From a virus, in IMG/VR virus record IMGVR_UViG_3300050120_000230, positions 150,325 to 214,324 of that record: DNA of 64,000 bases; one strand, given 5' to 3'. Numbering within the stretch: the stretch's first letter is position 1; each line of letters starts with the position of its first letter. Of this stretch, positions 1 to 9,094 are shown in pieces. The notes beneath the pieces are model-generated. The model saw only the letters and a program-made list of their open reading frames with translations. It made no database searches and had not been told where the DNA came from. A program made the translations under genes and the position numbers.

Positions 1-539
1 TTTGCGCGATAACTTATGATTTGAACATTACCCGGCACATATCCGATATTCGAATCGATTCTATCTAGTGAAGGTGCACTTTCTCGATCTTGATGCGTTG
101 GTTTGACCAAAATAGAAATGTTCAAAATTGGACATGTTTTGGGGATTGGTGGCAAATTGGTTAACGTCAAATCAAAATGCACGCCTGATTTTTTTTGCTC
201 TTTGCTTCGCAGCAGAGAGCATCTTCGCCAGCACCATCTTTGGTGTCACGATCAGTGCTGCAACTCTTTCCCGAGCACATTCACGATGGCATTCCACACA
301 ATTGTTGATCGAGGTGTATCTCACAGACACATGACCTCGTTTGCACGGAATGCCTGTGAAGAATAATTTCGACTTACTTTTCGTCGCTGCATCTCGATTT
401 GCTGGAAGAGATAGCACATCGAGATCAATGTGTTTCAGCTTCGACGGCCCGCGTTTCATATGCATATTTAGCGTGAATCTGCTTGACCAAACTTTCTAGG
501 GTGGTAAGTTGATTTTCCAGTCAATCGAGGAGAACATCT

Positions 540-974
540 ATGGGCGCGCGCACCACCACCACCCTCGGCGATTTCGGCCGCAGCATCCGCAACGAACCGG
601 CCTACGGCATCTACAAGCATCGTTTCTATCTCGCGAAGGACACCGTCCCCGCCGCCGAAGTGGAAGCGTGGCTTCGCAAGGCATATGTCGAGGCCCGCTC
701 CGGCCGCCTCTATCGCGTCGTGAAGTATCGTCACGCGGACGGCAATCACTACGTCGATTACATCTGGATGCAGAAGTGCACGGACAACGACGAGATGTTC
801 ATCAAGATGAACTGGGGCTTCGAGAAGCACAAAATCGCTCGCGGCGAACGCGTCGCCCGCCGGAAGCTGACCAAGGAACAGAAGTCCGAACTGGACGAAC
901 TGATCGCCTACCACCGTCGTCGGTTCTACGAGATCAACGACGAGGCTCTCGCCGCGAAGGAAGCGCAAGCCTAA
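540..974 (+). CDS. hypothetical protein; carries an internal copy of the FK[LM]xW family motif (DEMFIKMNWG)
   Basis: ORF with AGGAGA Shine-Dalgarno 7 nt upstream of the ATG; non-repetitive composition; motif shared with the paralog family. Confidence 0.5.
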   Translation: MGARTTTTLGDFGRSIRNEPAYGIYKHRFYLAKDTVPAAEVEAWLRKAYVEARSGRLYRVVKYRHADGNHYVDYIWMQKCTDNDEMFIKMNWGFEKHKIARGERVARRKLTKEQKSELDELIAYHRRRFYEINDEALAAKEAQA

Positions 975-1396
975 TGCGGCTCCAATGGCAATTCAACGAC
1001 GGCTTGGGGTGGCGCGGTGGCGCCACCCTTGAGTCGGTCACCGTCGCGGAAGTGGCTGAAGCTGCCAAGGAAGCCCACTGGAGCCGGTGGCCGAACGATC
1101 ATCTCCGTGTCATGAAGGAAATCGCCCCGCAGCAGTATCGCATGGTGTGGTGGCAAGACGGCCATGCGGCCGAAGAAAGGATGTCCGATGCCGGTATCTG
1201 ATGTCAGGGAAGCGCAAGATCAGATCAAGGCCGTCGTGGCGAAGCTGAAGAAATCGGCCGACGATTTCGAACCAGTGACGCTCGAACCCAACGAGGCGAT
1301 GTGGGCGTTCCGCATCATCACCGAAGGGTTTCCGGGGCTCGCCCCGAAGTGATCCTGAACGATGATGCCAGCCCCGAGGAAAAGCAAGCGGTCCTG

Positions 1397-2092
1397 ATGG
1401 ACATGTTTGCTCCCGAGCCACTCAACGAGGAACTCGTGCCGTTCCTCGCGCAAGGGCGGCTGGGCCAAGGCATCTATCATCCGCTGATCCACGACCCATT
1501 TTACCAAGAGGCAATGAACAAGCGGATCAACGCGATGTTCAAGCACAAGACTGAAGCGGTGGCGAAAGCTATCGAAGAGGGACGCTGGGCCTCAATGCTG
1601 TTTCTGCATGAGCGCCCCTATCGTCTCGAAGCGTTGGAGGAAATCCTCTACACGCACGAGATCGACGATCCCGAGATCGTCTGGCCGCTGATCGCCAGCG
1701 TGTGGACCGACAGCGAGAACATCAATCAGAACTTGGATCAGTGGCTCGAAGTGTGGGATTCCTCGATCCCGCGCCGGTTCGAACTGGTCATGGACGAAGA
1801 AGAACGCGCGGCGCTCGCCGCTCTTCCCGAGACCTTCGAAATCTATCGCGGCATGGGCGCCGAAGAGGCCGCCGATGGGATGTCGTGGACGACCGACAAG
1901 GTCAAGGCGACATGGTTCGCCCATCGGTTCTCCGGGCTCACCGAGCACATGCCCTATCTGGCTACGGCGACCGTAGCCAAAGCCAATGTGCTGGCCCACT
2001 TCCTCGGCCGCAACGAAAGCGAGATCGTCGTGTTGCCGGAGAACGTGGAAGGTATGGTGGTCAAGCGCCTTCGCAAAAAGGTGCGAAAGTGA
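1397..2092 (+). CDS. hypothetical protein
   Basis: long ORF; start set at the first in-frame ATG after the upstream ORF stop; ends in a GTGA overlap with the next gene. Confidence 0.45.
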   Translation: MDMFAPEPLNEELVPFLAQGRLGQGIYHPLIHDPFYQEAMNKRINAMFKHKTEAVAKAIEEGRWASMLFLHERPYRLEALEEILYTHEIDDPEIVWPLIASVWTDSENINQNLDQWLEVWDSSIPRRFELVMDEEERAALAALPETFEIYRGMGAEEAADGMSWTTDKVKATWFAHRFSGLTEHMPYLATATVAKANVLAHFLGRNESEIVVLPENVEGMVVKRLRKKVRK

Positions 2093-2403
2093 GTTTCGAT
2101 GAAGCCCGCCGTTTCCGCGACCAGCCAAGCCCGTCCTTGGAATTTTCCGCCTTGGATGTTTACAAGCGACGTACCGAGATCACCGACAGCATCGACGTGT
2201 GGTTCACCGATACGGGCCAATGGCGCTATCTTGCCATGCAAAACGGGAAAATCAGTGACGAAGTGCGCGAGTGGTGTGAAGCCAATTTCAAATCAGCATT
2301 CACCTTCAGCAAAATGACTGTCGCGGCTATCACAGCCGAGAACCTGCATCTTCACGTCACCTCAGATACAGACGCGCTCAATTTCATCATGCGGTGGTTC
2401 TAG
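2089..2403 (+). CDS. paralog-family protein with conserved C-terminal W-x3-N-[LF]-K...DAxxFK[LM]x[WF] module
   Basis: GTG start overlapping the upstream stop (GTGA); C-terminus ...REWCEANFKSAF...DTDALNFIMRWF matches the family consensus. Confidence 0.55.
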   Translation: MSFDEARRFRDQPSPSLEFSALDVYKRRTEITDSIDVWFTDTGQWRYLAMQNGKISDEVREWCEANFKSAFTFSKMTVAAITAENLHLHVTSDTDALNFIMRWF

Positions 2404-3167
2404 ACGATGGCGTGAACGAGGCGTTTGACCTCGTCAGTGGCGTGCAGAGGAACGTGATTATAGATCATCTCCGGCGGACCATCGTCCTCGACGCGAACGA
2501 TCCCCACGATCCGGGTAGACCCGTCGAAACCGACGACGTTCGGAATGCGAACGGAGTGCCGTGATTTCAGTTCCGGGTGTTCCATTCGAGAGAAAATTCG
2601 GACGAGCTTTTCTTTGGTATCTCCCCAAGTGAACTCGGCTTCTCCATCGACACCGAGTTTCATTTCAAGCCACGCCTCTGCGGCTTCGTGGATCAAACCT
2701 TCGGGAAGGTCACCGTGTTGATCTCCTGCGAGTTCGGAGAAACCAACCGCCAACCGCTCGACATAGTTTTCGAAACTTTCGTCGCCCGGATACATGTCTT
2801 CGATCTCGGGACTACGAAGCTGATAGCCATCGGCTTGCAGCATGGACTTCAACACATGGTCGAAGATGATGTCGATGGTGTCCTCGTCCGGCAAGGCTTT
2901 CTTCATATCGACTTCGATGACGATCAGCAAATAGTCAGCGATCTCGTGCGCGTTGAGATAGTCTCGCAACTGGATGGCATACCGAGACGCGTAGACGCCC
3001 TCTAGGCTGGCCCAACGCATGTCATCGTAGTTGCCGCCATTATGGTTCGGCACGAGCCCGTGGGCTTGAATAGAAACCAGATTCGTCAGACGCGTGACAT
3101 GCAGGTAGAATGACCGAACGTCCGTCAACTGCCTCTCGACCAAATTAATCCATTCGCGCATTCCCAT
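2400..3167 (-). CDS. hypothetical protein
   Basis: ORF 2400..3266 trimmed to Met34 (MGMREW...), which lies immediately after an ATAAATATG late-promoter-like element; upstream portion looks non-coding. Confidence 0.5.
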   Translation of the reverse strand: MGMREWINLVERQLTDVRSFYLHVTRLTNLVSIQAHGLVPNHNGGNYDDMRWASLEGVYASRYAIQLRDYLNAHEIADYLLIVIEVDMKKALPDEDTIDIIFDHVLKSMLQADGYQLRSPEIEDMYPGDESFENYVERLAVGFSELAGDQHGDLPEGLIHEAAEAWLEMKLGVDGEAEFTWGDTKEKLVRIFSRMEHPELKSRHSVRIPNVVGFDGSTRIVGIVRVEDDGPPEMIYNHVPLHATDEVKRLVHAIV

Positions 3168-3207
3168 ATTTATCGACGGCACATTTGGTTTGCGATAATT
3201 TGAAAAT

Positions 3208-3786
3208 GTGCACCATCCTTTCACTCTCGCGTCGGTCAAGAAGGGCTCCCTCAAACTTGAGGGCACCGGGCGCGTGTTTCCTATGCAGCTTCTTCCGGTC
3301 TTTGCGTCGGCAGAAGAAGCTCATCAGTGCATGGGGTTCCATTTTTCCATGTGGCTCGAAGCCAACCCCGACGTGACGGACTATCGCTTGGCGTTGGATA
3401 TGGAAGTTTGCGACTCGCCAATTACCGTGCATCGTCAAGCGCCGGTGTGGATTTTCTTCGGGAAACTGAAAGACAAAAATGCGTTCCAAAGATGGATTGC
3501 ACGTTACAGGGAGTGGTTCGGCGGAAACGATATCGACCGCGCCTATTTTCCAGTATTGCCGATCAGCGGCCGTCACACACTGACTTTTCTGACTATTCCT
3601 TCTGGGATGAAACTCGATCCTAGAATGATGGACATGACTTTCCCTGATGGCAGCGTCGAACGTTGGGCGTGGGTATTGAGTAATTGTCGCAACCCAGTCT
3701 ATGTGACCCCTAACGGGCTTGCATTCACGTCTGCGAAAGAAGCTCTCCATTTCAAACTGCGATGGTCCGAGGCCCAAAATGTCTGA
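3208..3786 (+). CDS. paralog-family protein (C-terminal ...RWAWVLSNCRN...AKEALHFKLRW)
   Basis: family C-terminal module present; N-terminal start uncertain. Confidence 0.5.
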   Translation: MHHPFTLASVKKGSLKLEGTGRVFPMQLLPVFASAEEAHQCMGFHFSMWLEANPDVTDYRLALDMEVCDSPITVHRQAPVWIFFGKLKDKNAFQRWIARYREWFGGNDIDRAYFPVLPISGRHTLTFLTIPSGMKLDPRMMDMTFPDGSVERWAWVLSNCRNPVYVTPNGLAFTSAKEALHFKLRWSEAQNV

Positions 3787-4207
3787 GAAACCCAACGACC
3801 CATGGACTACGGCAAGTGGCTCACGCATCAAAGCGTGGTTTGTGATGCGTCTCGATCTGCCTATGTCGCAGGGCAAGTTCGGTATCCAAATTGGGCACGG
3901 CACCGATTTCATTCACATGGTCGGCGCCCAGAATCCATTCTACGAAACGTGGCTTGATCCGCACGGCGGAAACCGCCGTAAGATTGCCCTACGCGCCAAG
4001 ACTCTCGCCGATCTCGAAGTCGTAAAATCTGAATGCGACAAGGCTGGCATGATTACGAAGCTCATCATGGATGCGGGTCTGACCGAGTTCGGCCAACCGA
4101 CCATCACCGGATTGGTGATTCTCCCGCACGATGACGGCACAATCCCGAGCGTTTTGAAGCGGGCTCAAGCATGGCGGCCGACCGATGGCACAGCCCCGAC
4201 CAGCTAA
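3779..4207 (+). CDS. Pth2-type peptidyl-tRNA hydrolase
   Basis: KAWFVMRLDLPMSQGKFGIQIGHG... resembles the PTH2 core (RTDLxMgkGKiaAQcsHA); size about 140 aa; start overlaps the upstream stop. Confidence 0.55.
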   Translation: MSEKPNDPWTTASGSRIKAWFVMRLDLPMSQGKFGIQIGHGTDFIHMVGAQNPFYETWLDPHGGNRRKIALRAKTLADLEVVKSECDKAGMITKLIMDAGLTEFGQPTITGLVILPHDDGTIPSVLKRAQAWRPTDGTAPTS

Positions 4208-4628
4208 CGGACCTCGCGGCTATACCGGTCCACCCGGCTGCGTTGGTCCACCGGGTGTCACACGTCCGTATGGCACCCATGTGACTTCCTTGCCGGGAGT
4301 CTCTCCGTATTTGATGGCCCAATTCAGAGATCAATTTTACCACATGCAACATCGCAAGGGACGTAACGACAATCGAATTTGGCTGCTTGTCAAACTCTTA
4401 AAATGGACAAAGGTCGATCTGCCCATCGAAACCATCAGTCTGGCCGGAGGCCAACGTGATTCTTCTACAGACATGGGTCTGGTGTTTGCCAATTGTGACA
4501 GGGGTGTCCAGAACATTAAAGATTGGTGCGATAGCCAGTGCCGAAAGCCGTGGCGTTATGAACCGTCCGGCACATTTCTTTTTCGTTCAATGAACGATGC
4601 AGCCATTTTCAAACTTAGGTGGTTCTGA
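4185..4628 (+). CDS. paralog-family protein (C-terminal ...IKDWCDSQCRKPWRY...NDAAIFKLRWF)
   Basis: family module at C-terminus. Confidence 0.5.
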   Translation: MAQPRPANGPRGYTGPPGCVGPPGVTRPYGTHVTSLPGVSPYLMAQFRDQFYHMQHRKGRNDNRIWLLVKLLKWTKVDLPIETISLAGGQRDSSTDMGLVFANCDRGVQNIKDWCDSQCRKPWRYEPSGTFLFRSMNDAAIFKLRWF

Positions 4629-4837
4629 TGCCCGAACCGGTCGTTGAATATTGCGTTGAGGAAGCTGACACTGACGGGAAGGGCACCGAGATCGGCTGGG
4701 GCGGGTGGAGCACTCACTCGACCGAAAAAGAGGCCGAAGACGCGATGTGGGCGATGCCCAAAACTGAAGGCCGCCTGCGCGTCGCTAGGGTGACCACTGA
4801 GACACTTTGTGTGCGAGACTGTCCCAGTGAGCGGTAA
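4619..4837 (+). CDS. small hypothetical protein
   Basis: short ORF coupled to upstream stop (TGATG). Confidence 0.3.
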   Translation: MVLMPEPVVEYCVEEADTDGKGTEIGWGGWSTHSTEKEAEDAMWAMPKTEGRLRVARVTTETLCVRDCPSER

Positions 4838-5144
4838 TTCTCCTGAGCCCCTCAGAGAGGCTCTGTGGGCCGTTTTGGAGGGCATCCATTGCCGGATACC
4901 CGACAATGATGGCGATGGCTCTGAAACATCTTTCGAGAACCTGCGCTGGATGGTGGATCGCTGCTTGTCCGACGAGACCATGCCGCTCGACAAGGTCAGT
5001 CGGTGGGTGGGCTTCATCCAAGGCGTTCTGGCAACCAAGGGCTTGCTCAGTGTCGCCGAAGAGCGAGATCGAACGAGGCCGATCTTTCACAAAGCCTATC
5101 GCGAAATGGGCATCACGCCCCCGGCAAGCACCAGCCGTGGTTGA
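4809..5144 (+). CDS. hypothetical protein
   Basis: GTG-initiated ORF with protein-like composition. Confidence 0.4.
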   Translation: MCETVPVSGNSPEPLREALWAVLEGIHCRIPDNDGDGSETSFENLRWMVDRCLSDETMPLDKVSRWVGFIQGVLATKGLLSVAEERDRTRPIFHKAYREMGITPPASTSRG

Positions 5145-5358
5145 AAGAGTCTCTGACGTATTTGATCGCGAGTGGCCCTATCAAATCACGTTCTATACTC
5201 CCATTCTGTCGGACGGATCGCTCTATGAGATCAAGAAATGGTGTGTCGATAATCTCAAGGGCGATTGGAGCTATTTCAGTCGCGGCAGTTTTTTCGAGGT
5301 GTTCGTCTTTGATGACCACACCGACGTGATTTTCTTCAAAATGAATTTCGAATGTTGA
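5137..5358 (+). CDS. paralog-family protein (..IKKWCVDNLKGDWSYF...HTDVIFFKMNF)
   Basis: ORF 4906..5358 has a junk-like N-terminus; an in-frame GTG at 5137 overlapping the upstream stop gives a 74-aa family member. Confidence 0.4.
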   Translation: MVERVSDVFDREWPYQITFYTPILSDGSLYEIKKWCVDNLKGDWSYFSRGSFFEVFVFDDHTDVIFFKMNFEC

Positions 5359-5606
5359 CCCGCGTCGTTCACTGCAAACGAGAGCCCTACGATGTCTACA
5401 TCGGGCGGGGATCGAAATGGGGCAACCCGTTCGTAATCGGCAAGGACGGAGATCGGCCAACCGTGATCGCAAAATATTGCGACTATATCGCCCAACGTCC
5501 CGACTTGCTGGCAGATGTCCATGAACTTCGTGGTAAGGTCATCGGCTGTTGGTGTGCCCCACAAGCGTGCCATGGCGATGTGCTCGCGGAACTGGCGGAT
5601 TCATGA
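5352..5606 (+). CDS. DUF4326-like small protein (GNPF...CWCAPxxCHGD motif)
   Basis: VYIGRGSKWGNPF and CWCAPQACHGDVL motifs typical of DUF4326-type phage proteins. Confidence 0.5.
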   Translation: MLTRVVHCKREPYDVYIGRGSKWGNPFVIGKDGDRPTVIAKYCDYIAQRPDLLADVHELRGKVIGCWCAPQACHGDVLAELADS

Positions 5607-5878
5607 AAGTCTTTGTTTCGGATTCTATCATCAGAGATGGCCGCGATTTCTATGACTGGCTACGTCAGTCAAATTGGCGACTCGTGACTTCGCATTCCAA
5701 AACGGACGGGAAAGGCAAAGATGTCGGTGCGAGCGTCTACGAAACAGATGAACTTTCGGACGGCGAAATTCTTCTTTTGAAATTGCAGTGGCCCATCATT
5801 GGCGCGGTTGCGAATGATGGTTCGGTGCGATGGTCATCGGACGATTTCAGGTGGCTGGTAAAAGCTGGCTACGACTAA
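5603..5878 (+). CDS. paralog-family protein (..FYDWLRQSNWRL...DGEILLLKLQWPI) with C-terminal extension
   Basis: ATGA overlap with upstream stop; family motif internal. Confidence 0.4.
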   Translation: MKVFVSDSIIRDGRDFYDWLRQSNWRLVTSHSKTDGKGKDVGASVYETDELSDGEILLLKLQWPIIGAVANDGSVRWSSDDFRWLVKAGYD

Positions 5879-5886
5879 ATAATTCC

Positions 5887-6234
5887 ATGGAAAACATGGG
5901 CAAGACGACGATTGATCTGGCTGACGACAAGCAGATGGTCATCTCGAAAGATTTCGATGAAGATTTGGGACACCCGGTCTACACGGCCACGGTGCAAGGG
6001 GAGCCTAGCCCGGTCGCAAAAATTGTCGAAAGTGATATCGATAACTGGCTGAGCAATCAAACGCTCGCCAAGTCGTTGCAAGCACACGGCCTTACGAACC
6101 AAGCGGTCAACAATGCTCTAGAAGGTCTGGCTAATTTCCACGCCAGCTTCAAGACCGACGAAAACACCACGTTCGATGTGAGCGTTGATCCCGTCCACGA
6201 ATCGGTGGGCGTCGGAGTGACGATCAAGTTCTAA
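5887..6234 (+). CDS. hypothetical protein
   Basis: ORF 5830..6234 trimmed to MENMGKTT...; TAAATAAT element upstream. Confidence 0.4.
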   Translation: MENMGKTTIDLADDKQMVISKDFDEDLGHPVYTATVQGEPSPVAKIVESDIDNWLSNQTLAKSLQAHGLTNQAVNNALEGLANFHASFKTDENTTFDVSVDPVHESVGVGVTIKF

Positions 6235-6521
6235 GGAACAAGTTTCTCGACCGTCCAGATGCCGAGTTCTTCGCCATATGGATCGACACCGATTTCGCCA
6301 CGACACAGCGATGTCCACGCCGTCCCAACCCATCCATTTTCGTATTCGGGCATCCCGGCGCCGCAGAGGCTCAACTGATAGCCGAGATGTTTTTCCAGAG
6401 CGTGGTCGAACGCTGCGGGATCATGCGTCGCATCGTCATCTTCGAACGTGAATTTCTGCTCGCCGTTCAAAAACACAACATACGTCGTCATCGCAAACCC
6501 CATCTCGTGCAACGAATACAT
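6231..6521 (-). CDS. hypothetical protein
   Basis: ORF 6231..6737 trimmed to Met73 (MYSLHEMGF...); the upstream 70 codons are Cys/Arg/Pro-rich and fall in the structured non-coding region. Confidence 0.4.
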   Translation of the reverse strand: MYSLHEMGFAMTTYVVFLNGEQKFTFEDDDATHDPAAFDHALEKHLGYQLSLCGAGMPEYENGWVGTAWTSLCRGEIGVDPYGEELGIWTVEKLVP

Positions 6522-7294
6522 ATCATCAACTGGTTTGGGTGGAAAGGCCGCGAGTGCACTCCGCACCGTTTCGGCAAATCCCGCTACGCATAGCGGGCAG
6601 ACTAGCGGCCGGTCCCAGCCTTTCCCCCAAACCAATTGAGTGGTGAGTGTCGGACGACACAGTCCTGTCGGTCTGCATCCAGATTCCCGAGTCGGGCATT
6701 GCTCCCGAATTCTCCGCGAGGGGGTTATGATACCCAAGCGGTGGTGCTGTTACCCTCGGCGACAACTCAGCGGCCATCCCTCCACCCGTCATCCCTCGAC
6801 CCGAAAGTTGCCGGGATGGCGAATTCGTGGCACCCACTTCGTTGCACAATCAACCCCGGTATGGACTGCCGGGATGTGCACTAAAGGAGGGGGCAAGGCG
6901 CCGCAAGCTGGTCCCCTCTTTTTCTACCGAACTTCAGATGTCCAATCCTACGTGCTCGGCGACAGTTCGAATATTCCGCTACTGGGGGTCCTTTTTCAGG
7001 AGGCAGTCTACCCCCTTACTAAAAGACCCTTTTCGCGAGGACATCCGCTCTCCCCGATCTGCGCTGCGGAGACTAACCCGCCCGCTCTGACCGAAGTGCG
7101 CTACGCCCAAAACCCTTCGTGTGGTTACAAGAACCCCCGGCTCAATACGCTTAGGCTCAGCCCGCATTGGGCCTGCCCCAGCAACCTTCCGGCGTTGAAA
7201 CCGGCGTTTACGCGTCTTCGCTTACCGCACCCCACCACGAGGTGTTTCGGCTAGAGATGGTGGCCCGGAGGCTCATGTAACCACACGCATACTG

Positions 7295-7394
7295 TGCGGG
7301 GACTAGGGCTCGAACCTAGTGTCTTCCCTACCTCACCGAGTGTGGCCACACCCTCGTATAGTAGGACTGCTCTAACCCGCTGAGCTACCCAACA
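7295..7394 (-). ncRNA. tRNA-like element with D-arm, T-arm (CTAGG-TTCGAGC-CCTAG) and a 29-nt palindromic insertion in place of the anticodon loop; acceptor strands do not pair
   Basis: GCTCAGCGGGTTAGAGC D-arm and canonical T-arm found by eye; inserted hairpin contains GTGTGGCCACAC. Confidence 0.4.
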
Positions 7395-7616
7395 AAACCT
7401 TTTCGGACTTACCGGTTCATCACCGCGCCGAGCGTGCCCCGAAGGGCGGAATTGGCACCACGAGGAAGACTTGCACTTCCATACCCTTGTCAACAGCAAG
7501 GCTCATCATATTCCCGCAGATCGTGGCCACGATCTCCGGCTTTTAGATCACCGTGGTATCTCGTGCCCTCTCGGGCATGTTCATGTTGGTAGCCGTTCCC
7601 CGCTAAGGGACAGTCT

Positions 7617-7673
7617 TATTCGTGGTGGGGATCGAACCCACGACCCAAGGCTCTACCGCTGAGCTACACGACC
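7617..7673 (-). ncRNA. anticodon-arm-less mini tRNA-like element (acceptor + D-arm + T-arm, 57 nt)
   Basis: GGTCGTG-TA-GCTCAGCGGTAGAGC-CTTGGGTC-GTGGG-TTCGATC-CCCAC-CACGAAT; only 8 nt between D and T arms. Confidence 0.4.
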
Positions 7674-8467
7674 TACACTACCACACTTTCACTCAGTTCG
7701 CGTGCACGCTCCCCGAGCTAAACCTAGATTGCGTGAACCTCTCAACGATAGAGCGGAAGGATCAGGCCGCTTCATTGCTTCCACGGCCCATACGATCCAA
7801 TCACCACGCAACCAAACCTTCGTGCCCATTCGGGCGAAATCTCCAACCACGCCCTCGCTCTAAGCGAACGACAACGGATCGGCGAGGTGTCATCGCTGTC
7901 TAGCCCACGATGGTCCCCTTCGGATCGCTCACGCTATATTTCAAGACGCAGCGCCGCAACTTTTTGCCCATTCAGGCGAATTGGTGGAGGGACTTCCCTC
8001 TCCAACGAAGCGGCTCGCGCGGGGCCATCTCCAAAGTCGGAGTGTGAAGTTGGGCCTACCCCCTAAGCAATGGCATTTCGGCCACTCAGGTTTATCCCAC
8101 TTTTCCAGCCTAGTCTCGGGTCTAGAAATCCCTACCTTCAGCTTCTCTCGACACTGAGGGCCAGACACTTCCTCCTGAACCCTCGCGAGGGTTAGAGAAT
8201 CTGCGCTGACACTTTTAGCTCGGAATGCTCACGCAATCCCGCCTCAGTAATTCGTGTTGCCTTCCCGAGATCAGAACGCTGGTAAACCGCCGGGCCAAAC
8301 CCTTTGGCTCTTCCAAGGACTTCTGGTTAGCTAATGCCGAACCAGCGCCCCGTTCTCAAGAACAACCTCAATCTACACCGCCCCCGAGAACGGTCAAGCA
8401 ATTTCTTTTGGTTGACCAAAAATCTTTTCGTGGGAGTATTCAATCTATAGTCAGCCGGGAGAACCAT

Positions 8468-8938
8468 GTGCAATACGAGACCCACATCTTCAGCAAGAAT
8501 GAGCCGTGGGCCACCGAATGGCACATCCTCTACTTGACAGCCGCCGACGCGGAGAAGGTGTTTCTCAGCACAAATGAATCCGTGAAAGGCTACCGTCGCA
8601 ACGGTGGCGAATGGGCGCGCGCCAGTCATGATAGCTATCGCTATCTCAGGCGTGAAGTTGATGAATGGGTCCGTGCCAATGCCGGACCCCAAGAAGGTGA
8701 AGTGTGGGAATGCGACCGCTACTACCACGCGGACGAGCCTCTCCCAGCATTGCCGCAACGCGCCGGTCGCCGAGCATGGCTGGATGCCTTCAAATGCTGG
8801 CCAGAAGTCTACGGAAACTACCATCATCACCAGTGGGCGGCCGGATCGCACCTCGACACCGAAAAGAAAGGGATCAGAGCTTTCATTCGGTTCAGAAGCG
8901 AGACGACCGCTGTGCTGTTCAGGACGCTGTTCCTGTAA
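8468..8938 (+). CDS. paralog-family protein (...HQWAAGSHLD...IRAFIRFRSETTAVLFRTLFL)
   Basis: ORF 8225..8938 trimmed to in-frame GTG preceded by GGGAGA; upstream part lies in the structured region. Confidence 0.45.
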   Translation: MQYETHIFSKNEPWATEWHILYLTAADAEKVFLSTNESVKGYRRNGGEWARASHDSYRYLRREVDEWVRANAGPQEGEVWECDRYYHADEPLPALPQRAGRRAWLDAFKCWPEVYGNYHHHQWAAGSHLDTEKKGIRAFIRFRSETTAVLFRTLFL

Positions 8939-8940
8939 AT

Positions 8941-9014
8941 TGGCAGGGGTGGAGAGAATCGAACTCTCGTCTTGGGTTTTGGAGACCCCTACTCTACCAT
9001 TGAGCTACACCCCT
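8941..9014 (-). tRNA. tRNA-Trp (anticodon CCA)
   Basis: manual cloverleaf: AGGGGTG/CACCCCT acceptor, loop CTCCAAA, T-arm GAGAG-TTCGATT-CTCTC, CCA encoded; A1-U72. Confidence 0.75.
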
Positions 9015-9094
9015 ATTAGATAACTTGGGATACCACCGGTTGCAAATCAGGATATATACGTAATACTTACGTATTTCCGGGGGCTATCACGACA

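Larger units (their letters stand above)
6740..8467. ncRNA. large protein-free structured region, candidate giant non-coding RNA or RNA island with embedded tRNA-like modules
   Basis: about 1.7 kb with only low-complexity Arg/Pro/Cys/Ser-rich six-frame ORFs; multiple hairpins; a 12-bp perfect palindrome GTGTGGCCACAC; repeated tgcccattcRggcgaa...ctccaac motif (7821..7847 and 7963..8005); two tRNA-like elements. Confidence 0.35.

Noticed and set aside
6640-7254. 204-aa ORF (and neighbouring ORFs 6636..6884, 6827..7090, 7251..7499, 7471..7662, 7622..7903, 7941..8168) across the 6.7-8.2 kb region
   Set aside because: Translations are Arg/Pro/Ser/Cys-rich with no RBS, and they overlap tRNA-like elements; the region is better explained as structured non-coding RNA.
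6560-7260. RNase P RNA (type A) hypothesis for part of the structured region, minus strand
   Set aside because: Loose resemblances (GGAAAGGCTGGGACC vs GGAAAGTCCGGGCTCC; AGAACCCCCGGCT vs AGAACCCGGCTTA) but the conserved regions are not in the right order or spacing; left to covariance-model testing.
7800-7900. tmRNA tag reading frame (GCGAACGACAAC... resembling ANDN... start of SsrA tags)
   Set aside because: The frame does not end in the expected AA/VAA-stop and no adjacent acceptor or pseudoknot architecture could be assembled by eye.
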